DNA of 64,000 nucleotides from an uncultured delta proteobacterium (GTDB taxonomy: Bacteria > Desulfobacterota > Binatia > UBA9968). This document shows positions 50,600 through 60,738 of the stretch, piece after piece. Position numbers and translations under genes: made by a program. The DNA is taken from NCBI GenBank assembly GCA_963745835.1, contig CAVUZH010000018.1:1-64000 (forward strand). The letters run 5' to 3'. A model generated the notes under the pieces. The model saw nothing but the letters and a program-made list of their open reading frames with translations. It did no database searches and had not been told where the DNA came from. Each line of letters opens with the position of its first letter. Within the stretch, counting starts at the first letter, position 1.

Positions 50600-50832
50600 T
50601 TCCCCAGGCCAAAGATTGACCTAACATCCGCCGCCTTTTGTACGAACTCGGCCCGGCTAACGTGGTTTGGACGACAGCGCTTTGCCTTGGCGAGTCGGAT
50701 TTCTTCAGCAACCCGGGGTGCTTGTCTCAGTGCGGAGATAAAAGCGCCACGGCATAAGCTTGGCGTGCCAAGGCGCGCGCTAGGGATGCGCCCCAATCCT
50801 CGTCCGACGCCGGCAGCGATGGTCGTTTCCAT
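50600..50832 (-). pseudogene. Short-chain dehydrogenase (SDR) N-terminal remnant with multiple frameshifts
   Basis: Manual reconstruction: METTIAAGVGRGLG / ASLARALARQAYAVALLS / RTETS / VAEEIR (Rossmann GxGxGxG). Confidence 0.7.
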
Positions 50833-50836
50833 AGAA

Positions 50837-51802
50837 TTAGGAATGGTCGGTGGTATTGACGAATAATTCCTCAAGCGTCATTTTGCGGCCGAGCAGGCCT
50901 TGCTCCTGAGAATATTGCATCAACGTTTCCAGAGTCTTGCGATTGGCCTCGCCGAGTCCGTAAACCCAGGGATCTTTGCCGAGAATATCTTCCTGTTCTT
51001 CCAAGAAATGACGAAACCAGGCTAATGGGACGATTCTCGGATTTTCCAGTCGCTTGTATGCGGCAATTTTGGATTCCTCGAATGCCTGCATCAGGTTGAT
51101 CGGCACCCACGGATACTTATCGATCACTTCTTGCTTGATGGCCGTAGTGTGCATGATCGGAAAAATGCCCGTGCGCTTGAAATAATCCATTTCGAGATCC
51201 CGGTAATTTGGAAAAAGACGGGTAACTCGCGGATCTTTTTCCAAAATCGGTTGAATCACTTCAGGATGAACCAAAGCGTCCAATTCGCCATCGACTAGCA
51301 TTTGTTCAACATGTTTTCCTGAAGCTATCCGTTCGAGGTGCAAATCCGCGGGCGAGTTCCATTCGACTTCTTCATCATCTTGCTTGAACCAGTGGATCTG
51401 CTTATGCGGGACCTTATGCTCGTGCTCCAAAATGCCACGAATCCATAAATTTGCTGTAGCTTGAAAATTGCGCAGGCCTACTTTCTTGCCGATTAAGTCC
51501 ATCGGCTTGGCGATAGCTTTGCCAGAATTGAGAAAGATGAAGCCATGACGGAAGCGACGGTGAAGAAAAACCGGTATCGCATTAAACGCCAGGCCAACAT
51601 ACTTTGCCATAAGATAATTGGACATCGACAGTTCGGCGACATCGAACTCGCGATTGCGAACCATGCGCCAGTGGCGGATGTCCGAGGTCATATCGGTTAA
51701 TACCGTTAGTTCAATTCCGTCCGGCTTAACGCTTCCTTCTTTGAGTGCGCGGACGCTTTCGTAGTCCCCGCAAGCCAACGTGAGGTGTACCTTTGTACTC
51801 AT
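50837..51802 (-). CDS. 4,5-dihydroxyphthalate decarboxylase-like / periplasmic-binding fold protein
   Basis: LTLACGDY, FDVAELS, PVFLHRRFRH, WIRGIL, TGIFPIMH, DPW.YG. Confidence 0.8.
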   Translation of the reverse strand: MSTKVHLTLACGDYESVRALKEGSVKPDGIELTVLTDMTSDIRHWRMVRNREFDVAELSMSNYLMAKYVGLAFNAIPVFLHRRFRHGFIFLNSGKAIAKPMDLIGKKVGLRNFQATANLWIRGILEHEHKVPHKQIHWFKQDDEEVEWNSPADLHLERIASGKHVEQMLVDGELDALVHPEVIQPILEKDPRVTRLFPNYRDLEMDYFKRTGIFPIMHTTAIKQEVIDKYPWVPINLMQAFEESKIAAYKRLENPRIVPLAWFRHFLEEQEDILGKDPWVYGLGEANRKTLETLMQYSQEQGLLGRKMTLEELFVNTTDHS

Positions 51803-51912
51803 GCGGCCTATCTAGCACGGTTCACAGGGATTGCCAACGGAATGCCGAATTGACTCTCTTATACGTCTTTGGTATTACGCATGGGCCGACATCATGAGAT
51901 CGGAGTTTGTCG

Positions 51913-52881
51913 ATGAAAAAATGGCAGATCAATTCAGTCTTGCTCGGCATGTCTCTTTTTCTAGCCGTTCCGGGACTGGCTCAGAACCCGGTCCGCATCA
52001 ATTGGACGGCGGTAACCGGCGCGCAAAGCGGCATGTTCATGGCGCACCAGGAAGGATTATTCAAAAAACACGGAGCTGACGTCGAGTTGATTCATATTCC
52101 TTCGAGCTCGCGTGGCATTCAGGCGATACTGGCAGGTGAAATATCATTCTCCTTCATGGACGGCGCCAACGCGGCGCAGGCCAATCTCAAAGGAGCAAAC
52201 CTGGCTCTGGTTGCGGGAGCGACTAACCGGCAGGTCTTTTCCCTCATAGGCAAACCGGAATTCAAGCGTATCGCTGATTTGAAAGGAAAAAAGATCGGCA
52301 TTACCCGGGTGGGTTCCTCCACGCATACTTCGGCGCTCTTCGCGCTCGCCTCCGCTGGCTTGAGGACTAACGATTACCAGTTGTTGCCGCTACTGGAAGT
52401 GCCGAATATCTATACAGCTCTCGCGGCTGGTCAGATTGACGCCGGAGTCATGTCGCCACCGACAAACGCGCGAGCGAAGCGGTCCGGATTCGTCGAGTTG
52501 ATGAATGTCGCCAAAGAAGGACCCGAGTTCGTTTCGGTAGCGGTCGGAACGAGCCGTTCGTATATCAAGGCCAACGAAGAAATCGTGCGCCGAGTGGTGC
52601 GGGCGTACGCTGAAGGTGTTCAGTTATTTAAAAATAACAAGCCGGCGGCACTGAAAATGATTCAAAAACAGCTTAAGGTGAGTGATCCTGAAATCCAGGA
52701 AGATACGTACAGTCAATTTCGCGAATATCTGGAATATCCCCCCTACGTAAGCCGCAAAGGCATGGAAGCAGTACTAGCTGAACTGGCTGACAAAGAACCA
52801 GGGGCTAAGAACATGAAGTCGGAAGACCTTATGGATATGCGCTTTGTCGCCGAACTGGACAAGAAAGCCGGCGCAAAGTAG
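51913..52881 (+). CDS. ABC transporter substrate-binding protein (SsuA/NMT1-THI5 family)
   Basis: Signal peptide; GLFKKHG.DVEL, DLKGKKIG. Confidence 0.88.
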   Translation: MKKWQINSVLLGMSLFLAVPGLAQNPVRINWTAVTGAQSGMFMAHQEGLFKKHGADVELIHIPSSSRGIQAILAGEISFSFMDGANAAQANLKGANLALVAGATNRQVFSLIGKPEFKRIADLKGKKIGITRVGSSTHTSALFALASAGLRTNDYQLLPLLEVPNIYTALAAGQIDAGVMSPPTNARAKRSGFVELMNVAKEGPEFVSVAVGTSRSYIKANEEIVRRVVRAYAEGVQLFKNNKPAALKMIQKQLKVSDPEIQEDTYSQFREYLEYPPYVSRKGMEAVLAELADKEPGAKNMKSEDLMDMRFVAELDKKAGAK

Positions 52882-52979
52882 CGCTTCCTTAAAAGTCCCT
52901 GCGGTAAACTCTGAGCATCGAAAGCCTGAGTCCCTTGGCCGGGATTCGGCATCGAGGCTCAGAGTTTACCGCAGTAGTG

Positions 52980-53684
52980 TTATGTGGATTTGCGGAATTT
53001 CTTGGCCCGGCGCACAAAGTAATCCCACATTGAACCGAGACGATGTGGCGTGTAGATCTGCTCGTATTTAATCGCTGATTCTTCGTCGCTGGTCCATGAC
53101 GGATCGCCTGAAGCTGTCGCCATAAGCTGGATACGTGCTGCTTTCTCAAGGAAAATGGCATAGAGCGTCGCCACTTCAATACTTTCGCCGACCACGGTGG
53201 AGCCATGATTCTTCATCAATAGGCCGCGACACTTGCCCAGGCTCTTGGCTACCTCTACCCCGAGTTCCGGGGTTCGAATCAGAGCGGTTGTGAGATCGAA
53301 CAGGGGCAGCCCTTCATAAAATATGTTGCCCTCATGGCTGATCGGACGAAGCGGTTGACGCAGCGAACCGAGAGCAATTGCATGCGGTGGATGGGAGTGC
53401 ACGACGCATTGGACGTCCGGTCTCGCCTTGAAGATTTCGGTGTGGATGAATACCTCGGAATGACGCTCGTACTTGCCGGCGACTTTGTTGCCATCTAAAT
53501 CAACTTCGATAACGTGTTCCGGTCGAATTTCCTCAAACCCGAAGCTGTGCGGCTTCATGAGAATTCGCTCTTTGCCGGGAATTCTGACTGAAACGTGGCC
53601 AAGGATATTGTCCCAGTGACCTTCGTACGCGAGAATGTTGCACGACAAGGCTAAGCTTTCTTTGAGTTCTTTCACGTTGCTCAT
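52980..53684 (-). CDS. Class II aldolase/adducin family protein
   Basis: GHVSVR, E..IH..I...RPDV..VVHSH, NHG. Confidence 0.9.
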   Translation of the reverse strand: MSNVKELKESLALSCNILAYEGHWDNILGHVSVRIPGKERILMKPHSFGFEEIRPEHVIEVDLDGNKVAGKYERHSEVFIHTEIFKARPDVQCVVHSHPPHAIALGSLRQPLRPISHEGNIFYEGLPLFDLTTALIRTPELGVEVAKSLGKCRGLLMKNHGSTVVGESIEVATLYAIFLEKAARIQLMATASGDPSWTSDEESAIKYEQIYTPHRLGSMWDYFVRRAKKFRKST

Positions 53685-53713
53685 AGGTGTGTTCCCTCAC
53701 TCGATGATGGAGC

Positions 53714-55255
53714 CTAACGGCCGGCGCGGAGGCGGAAGCGTTGGATTTTGCCGGTGACAGTTTTAGGAAGGTCCTCGACGAACTCGATCCAACGCGGATA
53801 TTTGTAAGGTGCAAGTCTGGTTTTGACGTGGCTCTGGAGTTCTGAACGCAGTTCGTCGCTAGGTTTAAACTCGGTCTTCAACAGGACATACGCTTTCGGC
53901 TTGAGCAAACCTTCCGCGTCGGTATCGCCGATAACACCCGACTCGAGCACCGCCGGATGCTCCATTAAGGTGTTTTCAATTTCGATGGGCGAGACCCATA
54001 AACCACCCACTTTCATCATGTCATCGGAGCGGCCGCAGTACCAGTAGTAACCCTCGGCATCGCTATAGTAGGTATCGCCGGTTTTCAGCCACTCGCCTTG
54101 CATAACGCGTTTGGTTTGTTCATGTTTGTTCCAGTAGTAGGGAGAGTTGGCGTCGCCTTTTACCATCAAATTGCCAATTTCGCCCAGCGGAACTTCGTGC
54201 CCGCCATCGTCGACGATCTTGGCTTCGAAAGCGGGGGTTACTTCGCCGCTGCTGCCGGCCTTAGCCCGGCCCGGGCGATTGGCGAGAAAATCATGGGTTG
54301 CCTCGGTGGAACCGACGACGTCAAGCAATTCCATGCCGAACCGCTCATGGCACTGCTGAAAGATTGCCGGCGGCAATGGCTCGCCGGACGAAAGACAGAT
54401 GCGCAACGAGCTCAAGTCGTATTTCTTCTCGATTCGCAAAAATCGTGCGTAGAGTGTCGGCACGGAAAAGAAGAACGTCGGTTTATATTTGTCGATGACC
54501 TGAAGAATTTTTTCTGGATCCGGTTTTTCGGGCCAGAGAACGGTTGAGGCGCCGAATCGAAAGGGAAAGTAAAGTGAGTTGCCCAGCCCGTAAGAAAAAA
54601 AAAGCTTCGATGCCGAAAAACAGCGATCGTTCTCATTCATGCCCAGGACCGGTTTAACGAACAGATCGGTGATCGTTATCATGTCGTGCTGCAGGTGAAC
54701 CGCGCCTTTGGGCACTCCAGTGCTGCCTGACGTGTAACCCCAAAAGCCCACATCATCGCGATGGGTTGGCTCTGGTTCCAGGTAGTCTGATGCTCGAGCG
54801 ATGAGCTCTTGGTAGGATCGCGCTTTGGCCTGGCCTTTTCCGACAACCAGAATGTGTTTAAGGTACCTGGTGTTGTCCCAGATCTTGGCAATTTCTGGGA
54901 GCACGGAATCGTGGACGATGATGGCGCGCGCTCGACTGTCATTGATCAGGTATTCGTAATCTTTTGCCGCCATCCAAGGATTCGTCGGAATCGGCACCGC
55001 GCCGATTTTTATGGCGCCGAAAAAGCTGTAAGCAAACTCGGGGGAGTCGGGAAGAGCAAGTAATACCCGATGCTCGATTTCGACACCAAGCTCTTTTAAA
55101 GCGTTGCCGGTCCGGTTTACTTTCTCGTAGACTTCTTGGTAGGTGATCGCTTCGTCTTGGTAGTAAATCGCAATTCTGCCGCCGCGACCTTGGGTGATGT
55201 TTTCATCCACAAAAGTCGTGGCGGCATTATAGATCTCAGGAAGTTCGACTCCCAT
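53714..55255 (-). CDS. Benzoate-CoA ligase family protein
   Basis: YTSGSTGVPKGAVH, SASKLFFSYGLGN, GSTE, GRSDDMMKVGG.WVSP, TGKIQRF. Confidence 0.9.
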   Translation of the reverse strand: MGVELPEIYNAATTFVDENITQGRGGRIAIYYQDEAITYQEVYEKVNRTGNALKELGVEIEHRVLLALPDSPEFAYSFFGAIKIGAVPIPTNPWMAAKDYEYLINDSRARAIIVHDSVLPEIAKIWDNTRYLKHILVVGKGQAKARSYQELIARASDYLEPEPTHRDDVGFWGYTSGSTGVPKGAVHLQHDMITITDLFVKPVLGMNENDRCFSASKLFFSYGLGNSLYFPFRFGASTVLWPEKPDPEKILQVIDKYKPTFFFSVPTLYARFLRIEKKYDLSSLRICLSSGEPLPPAIFQQCHERFGMELLDVVGSTEATHDFLANRPGRAKAGSSGEVTPAFEAKIVDDGGHEVPLGEIGNLMVKGDANSPYYWNKHEQTKRVMQGEWLKTGDTYYSDAEGYYWYCGRSDDMMKVGGLWVSPIEIENTLMEHPAVLESGVIGDTDAEGLLKPKAYVLLKTEFKPSDELRSELQSHVKTRLAPYKYPRWIEFVEDLPKTVTGKIQRFRLRAGR

Positions 55256-55316
55256 CCTCGCTCCGGTCGGAACTCAAGCTAGTTGTGGATGCGGTATCTT
55301 AGATCCCGCAGGACCT

Positions 55317-56789
55317 TCATTCGCCACCAACCATTTCCGAATGTGTTTCGGTAGCAATGACCACTGACTTTGAGTCGGTGTAATGCTCGATCGCCTCCTC
55401 GCCATGTTCCTTGCCAAGGCCGCTCTGTTTGACGCCGCCGAACGGTAGCTCGTCGTAGATAATTTGAGCCGAATTCACCCAAGTGTAACCGGCTTCGATG
55501 CGTTCCGCGCCGGCCATCGCGCGATTGATGTCGCGCGTCCAAATGGATGAGCCCAATCCAAAGATCGAATTGTTGGCCTGCTCGATGGCTTGGTCGAGAT
55601 TTTTAACCCGAACGATGGGCAAGGCCGGACCGAAGCATTCTTCCTGTAGCAGCCGAGATGCCGGGTCAACATCCGCGACCAAGGTGGGCTGCAGATAAAA
55701 CCCTTTGTCGTAGTCATCGCCTTTCGGTCGTTGCGTTCCGTAGAGCACCTTGGCGCCGCGCTTCACTGCGTCTTCAACTTGTTCTTCAACTTCCCGGCGC
55801 TGTTCGGCCGTATGCAGCGGCCCCATGAGCACGCCTGACTTCAAGCCGTTGCCAACGCTGATCCTTTTAACTTTCTCAACCAACTTATCCATGAAAGTAT
55901 CGGCGATACGGTCGAACAGATAAAGCCGTTTAACCGCCAGACAGGCCTGGCCACAATTGAAGAAGCGACCGACCGAAGCGGCGCTGACCGCGCGATCGAT
56001 ATCAGCATCGTCGCAGACGATCATCGGATCGCTGCCACCCAATTCCAAGGTGACGTGTTTGAAGTCTTGGGCCGCCGATTGCATTACCCGGCGACCGGTA
56101 TCGGTAGCTCCAGTAAAGCCAATCTTGCGCACTGTCGGGTTGACTAGTAATTCCTCACCGACAACGCTGCCGGGACCGGTAACGACATTGAGAACACCGC
56201 GAGGGCCGCCGGCATCTTGAATGGCTTTGTCGATCAATTCGCAGCAACGCAAGTCGGTTAGCGGGGTAGTGCCGGCGGGTTTGACCACAACGGTATTACC
56301 GGTTAGCAGGGCGGGACCGAGTTTATTGCCCATCAAAGACACGGGAAAATTCCATGGCACGATGGAGCCGCAGACGCCTAAAGGCTTGCGCAAGACTAAA
56401 CCATGACGACCGGCGTCAAGCATAACCGCAGCATTCCGCAGACTCTTTGCCATTCCGCCGTAATGATCCAAAGTATGCACAAAGCGGCGGATCTCCAAAA
56501 TCGATTCCCGCATCGGTTTGCCTTGCTCGCGGGTCAACAAAGTTGCAAGCTCCTTTTCTTGTTGCAGGATCGCATGGCCGGCTTGAAGTAAAATCGCGCC
56601 CCGCTTAGACGGAGCCATCTCGGACCATTTCTTCAACGCTGCCTTGGCGGCATCGATGGCGCGACGAATGTCGTTCACTGTTCCTTTAGGAACCGAATCA
56701 ACAACTTCTCCTGTGGCTGGATTTTTTACTGCGGTGGTCTCGTTACTTTCTGAGTCCACATACTCACTGGCGATAAGCAGTTTTGCCAT
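55317..56789 (-). CDS. NAD(P)-dependent aldehyde dehydrogenase
   Basis: PWNFP, FTG, LELGG, GQAC, EECFGP, PFGGVKQSG. Confidence 0.93.
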   Translation of the reverse strand: MAKLLIASEYVDSESNETTAVKNPATGEVVDSVPKGTVNDIRRAIDAAKAALKKWSEMAPSKRGAILLQAGHAILQQEKELATLLTREQGKPMRESILEIRRFVHTLDHYGGMAKSLRNAAVMLDAGRHGLVLRKPLGVCGSIVPWNFPVSLMGNKLGPALLTGNTVVVKPAGTTPLTDLRCCELIDKAIQDAGGPRGVLNVVTGPGSVVGEELLVNPTVRKIGFTGATDTGRRVMQSAAQDFKHVTLELGGSDPMIVCDDADIDRAVSAASVGRFFNCGQACLAVKRLYLFDRIADTFMDKLVEKVKRISVGNGLKSGVLMGPLHTAEQRREVEEQVEDAVKRGAKVLYGTQRPKGDDYDKGFYLQPTLVADVDPASRLLQEECFGPALPIVRVKNLDQAIEQANNSIFGLGSSIWTRDINRAMAGAERIEAGYTWVNSAQIIYDELPFGGVKQSGLGKEHGEEAIEHYTDSKSVVIATETHSEMVGGE

Positions 56790-57036
56790 AAGCTCCTCCG
56801 TGACTTCGGAATTTCAAAAACAATCATGTAGCTAGCGGGTTGTCAAGATTAGCTCTCGTGGCAAAGACGCCACCGATGATGTCTAGATGATCTCTAAATG
56901 ACACGGAGGAGGGTTCACTTAGCAGGTGGAATACGATCATACGCTAGAAAGCGGTTGTGCAACGAATCTCGTTTTGGGATCGCACACTTGATCAAACGTG
57001 AGCATTCTAGCAGTTGGGGTCTGACGAACTTATCCG

Positions 57037-58959
57037 CTAAGCTTTTTCGCCGCGGTTTTGTAATACAACAGCCGCGAAAAAAAGACATAATCCGATAACG
57101 TCTTTAATCCAGCCGGGAAAGACTAAGACGAGTCCGGCAGCGATGAGCAGCGCTTGCTCGAGTGGTGTTGTCTTGCGACGTAGCCAACCTGTCAATCCCG
57201 CTGCCAACGCTCCAAGACCAATCATCGCCGACGCTCCCGTCCAGATAATATTGGCCCACGATCCCTTGAGCAGTAATCCGATACCGTCGGGACTCAAAGT
57301 AAAGATGAACGGAACTAGAAATGCGGGAAGGGTGTATTTCCAAGCCATCATCGTAGTCTTGTAGGGATTGCCGCCGGTTATCGCTGCGGCGGCAAAGGGG
57401 GACAGCGCCGTGGGTGGCGAGACTTCGGATAGTACAGCGTAGTAGAAGATAAACATGTGTGCGGCAAATTCCGGAACGCCGAGCTTGATCATGGCCGGCG
57501 CGGTGATCACTGCGGCAATGATATACGAAGCCGTCACCGGCACGGCTAGACCCAGAACCCACACCGTAAGCGCGGTGTAAAGCACCGTGAGAAAAAGACT
57601 ATTACCGGCCAGAGCCAGGATAATCAGCGAAAATTTAAGTCCAAGCCCGGTCAAGGTCACAACCCCAACGATAATCCCGGCCGCAGCGCAGGTCGCTGCC
57701 ACCGACAGCACTTCGGTGGCGCCTTTTTCCAGGGTCTGCCACAAGCGGGTTGGTGTCAGCGCAGTGTCACTTCTTATGAAACTCAGCAGCACGGCAAGCA
57801 CCGTTGCGTAGGCGACCGAGAGAATCGCGGTATAACCCCACAACATAAAGAGGACGACAGAGATAAGGGAGACGAAATGAAAGCCGTATTTGCGTGTCAG
57901 ACTCCACGGGCTTTCACCTTCCACCTGAATCGGTTTGGCGCCGAACTTCCGCGCGTCGAGCTCGACCATGGCGAAAATCGACCAATAGTAAAGAACTGTC
58001 GGAACCACGGCCATGGCAATGACCTCGATGTAGGACATTTGCAAGAACTCGGCGATGAGAAAAGCCGCGGCGCCGAGCACAGGTGGGGAGATGATTGCGC
58101 CGATACCGCCGGCTGCAAGCAAACCGCCCGCAGATTCTTTGTCATAGCCGGCCTTGGCAAGAAGCGGCCATGATACCGAGCCGAGAGTCACTGTGGTCGC
58201 CACGCCCGAACCGGAAGGTCCGCCGAGAAGGAACGATGCCAACGTCACCGTGCGCCCAGCCGCTGCCGGCTTCCCGCCTGTAGCGGCCAGAGAAAAGTCG
58301 ACGTAGAACTGACCTGCCTTGGAATATTCCAACACCGCGCCATAGATCGTAAAGAGGATGATGAATGTCGCCGCTACATCCAACGGCACACCGAAGATAC
58401 CTTCGAGAGTCAGGTACATGTGGCCGACCAAACGATCGATGCCGTAGCCCTGATGGGTCCACGGTGCCGGCAAATAGGCACCGAACACAGCATAGGCCAA
58501 GAAACCAATGGCCACCGCCGGCAGAATTGCACCGGTCGTTCGTCGCGTCGCTTCCAGGACCAGGACAATGGCCAGCGCACCAAAAATTTGATCGATTCTC
58601 GTAGGGATTGCGGCACGGTAAATAAATTCTTCAAAATCCCACAGCGGATAGCCGACGGCGGCGAGACTCGCAAGAATAAGCAGCCAATCGTACCAAGGCA
58701 CGGCGGACCGGCGCTGGCTACGCGCCACGGGATAGATCAGAAACGTCAGGACTAGCGAGAACCCAAGGAATACCAGCCGCAATACTTGAGCGGTTACCGT
58801 CGCCCAGGCCCAGTAGAGGTGCACCAGCGACATCGCGACGGCGGCACAGGAGGCCAGTTTAGCCACCGAGCCGATCAATTGTCGCCGAGGGCCTTCTTCT
58901 TCTTGAATAAGCTGCTGCGCTGCTTTCAGCCGTGCGTCATCGATGATCTCGTCAGCCAC
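57037..58959 (-). CDS. TRAP transporter fused 4TM/12TM permease
   Basis: EATRR, GIFG.P, AHMFIFYYA...SPP. Confidence 0.92.
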   Translation of the reverse strand: MADEIIDDARLKAAQQLIQEEEGPRRQLIGSVAKLASCAAVAMSLVHLYWAWATVTAQVLRLVFLGFSLVLTFLIYPVARSQRRSAVPWYDWLLILASLAAVGYPLWDFEEFIYRAAIPTRIDQIFGALAIVLVLEATRRTTGAILPAVAIGFLAYAVFGAYLPAPWTHQGYGIDRLVGHMYLTLEGIFGVPLDVAATFIILFTIYGAVLEYSKAGQFYVDFSLAATGGKPAAAGRTVTLASFLLGGPSGSGVATTVTLGSVSWPLLAKAGYDKESAGGLLAAGGIGAIISPPVLGAAAFLIAEFLQMSYIEVIAMAVVPTVLYYWSIFAMVELDARKFGAKPIQVEGESPWSLTRKYGFHFVSLISVVLFMLWGYTAILSVAYATVLAVLLSFIRSDTALTPTRLWQTLEKGATEVLSVAATCAAAGIIVGVVTLTGLGLKFSLIILALAGNSLFLTVLYTALTVWVLGLAVPVTASYIIAAVITAPAMIKLGVPEFAAHMFIFYYAVLSEVSPPTALSPFAAAAITGGNPYKTTMMAWKYTLPAFLVPFIFTLSPDGIGLLLKGSWANIIWTGASAMIGLGALAAGLTGWLRRKTTPLEQALLIAAGLVLVFPGWIKDVIGLCLFFAAVVLQNRGEKA

Positions 58960-59455
58960 GGCGGGTTCCGTTGCAGGAAACTACACGGATGCGCAGTGCT
59001 TTGATGTTTTGCATGACGAACCGTTTTGGGTCAAGCGGCGAGATTAAGGCGATCGTCATTGAGGCTTCCGGACTCGCGTGCAGGTCCAGGGCGGGAAATA
59101 TTCGCTGCTGCGGTGTCACGATCCAAGCACCGCCTACGAACTTTGCGCTCTCATAGCCGTAGAAATCCACCAGGCGGCGTTCGCTGTAACGGAGTTGTAT
59201 GAGATGAAATCCGTCTCCCTGGACCTGAAATATTTCCTCCACCGCACTCCCGTACATCGAGTGATTAAAACTCAGGCGCAATTGCGTGTCCGGCCCGGCG
59301 ATGTGCTTAAATATTTGCTCGCCGTTACTGACAAGCACGCAATCCTGTCCGGCGCTTGCCGGCAGCGCCGTTGCCAGCAATGCCAGCAACGAAAAAGCAA
59401 GCATTCCCAATCGCTTGACCGAAGGACGGGCGATGATTGCCTGCTGCCAATTCAT
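58952..59455 (-). CDS. DUF1850-like protein of TAXI-TRAP operons
   Basis: F.HS....VEE.F motif; position between TAXI and permease genes. Confidence 0.7.
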   Translation of the reverse strand: MNWQQAIIARPSVKRLGMLAFSLLALLATALPASAGQDCVLVSNGEQIFKHIAGPDTQLRLSFNHSMYGSAVEEIFQVQGDGFHLIQLRYSERRLVDFYGYESAKFVGGAWIVTPQQRIFPALDLHASPEASMTIALISPLDPKRFVMQNIKALRIRVVSCNGTRRG

Positions 59456-60501
59456 TTGCTTGAAGGGGGTATCGTCACTCCCTTCTCCTTGAAATAACGC
59501 AAGGCGCCGGGATGGAAGGGGATCGGCGATCCCACCACGGCGCTTTTCAGATTCAATTCAGATGCCGCCTTGTGCACTGCCACCAGATCGGCAGTGTGTT
59601 CCAAAATCAATTTGGTGAGCTCATAGGCTTGCTTATCGTCCATCTTCTCGTTGACGACCAGAAGATTGGTTACCGCAGCCACTGGAACATCCTCATCGAC
59701 GCCCTTGTACACGCCCTTGGGAATATTGGCGACGAAGTACAAGGGGCCGTACTTTGCTACCATCTTCGGCACCGCATCGCCGTGAAGGATGAGATTGACC
59801 TTGCTGCCTGGCGTTGCGGCGAGATCTAGAATTGCCGCCGTCGGCAACCCGCCGTCCCAGAAAAAGGCGTCAATCTTGCGGTCTTTCAATGCGCCCGCGG
59901 ACTCTCCGGCGCCAAGACGCTCCTGGCTCTGCAAATCTTTTGGCATAAGTCCATAGGCTTCCATAACCCGCAGCGCCTTTACTTCAGTGCCGGAACCGGG
60001 CGCGCCGATGGAGACGCGCTTGCCTCTCAAATCAGCGACACTCTTGATGCCGCTCTCGTCCAACGCGGCGATGTGCATGAAGTTTGTGTAAAGTGCCATG
60101 AGCGAGCGGACGCCGATCTTTTCGTTAAGGCCTTTTAGTTTTCCGTTGTAGGCATCCCAAGCTGTGTCCGGCAATGTCAATGCTAAAGCGACTCTGCCGG
60201 TGTGGATGAGTTTCATATTGTCGACAGAGGCGGTGGTGACCTCAGCCGTCGCCTCGGTGCCGGGAATGTTTCTGGAGATGAGCGCGGCCATCCCGCCGCC
60301 CAACGGATAGTAGACACCGCCGGTGCCGCCGGTGGCGATGGATAGACGTATTTTTGTCTGGGCGAACGCCAGATCGGCAATTGATATTGCGGCTACGAGG
60401 ATTAGGAAGATGCGGAAAGATAAAAAGCTTATACTCCATGAAAAACGGTCAGCGCCCGCTGGTTTTGACCGAGGAGGGCCATAGAATTTTTTAGGTTTCA
60501 T
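59452..60501 (-). CDS. TAXI-family TRAP solute-binding protein
   Basis: IATGGTGGVYYP.GG, ASVDN, GAPGSGT, PFHPGA. Confidence 0.93.
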   Translation of the reverse strand: MKPKKFYGPPRSKPAGADRFSWSISFLSFRIFLILVAAISIADLAFAQTKIRLSIATGGTGGVYYPLGGGMAALISRNIPGTEATAEVTTASVDNMKLIHTGRVALALTLPDTAWDAYNGKLKGLNEKIGVRSLMALYTNFMHIAALDESGIKSVADLRGKRVSIGAPGSGTEVKALRVMEAYGLMPKDLQSQERLGAGESAGALKDRKIDAFFWDGGLPTAAILDLAATPGSKVNLILHGDAVPKMVAKYGPLYFVANIPKGVYKGVDEDVPVAAVTNLLVVNEKMDDKQAYELTKLILEHTADLVAVHKAASELNLKSAVVGSPIPFHPGALRYFKEKGVTIPPSSK

Positions 60502-60738
60502 AAATCCTCCGAATTAGAAGTTCAGATGTATGATAAGTGTCATCAAGATAGGGTGAATTGAAGATCGTCGTCAAGAGAGCTCGTTAGCTGCTATGTGAGG
60601 CGGCGAAATTGGATCAATCGGAGGACGGAGATCGGTAAATTGGCGTCGACGCTCGATTGATTTGCTAGGATAGCATTGATAAGACTTCGTGCGTTGGAAA
60701 TCGCGTTTTTTCCTGTGATGTGGACACAACGGAATTTC

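Noticed and set aside
50496-50874. Three short overlapping hypothetical ORFs
   Set aside because: Explained as alternative frames of the SDR pseudogene
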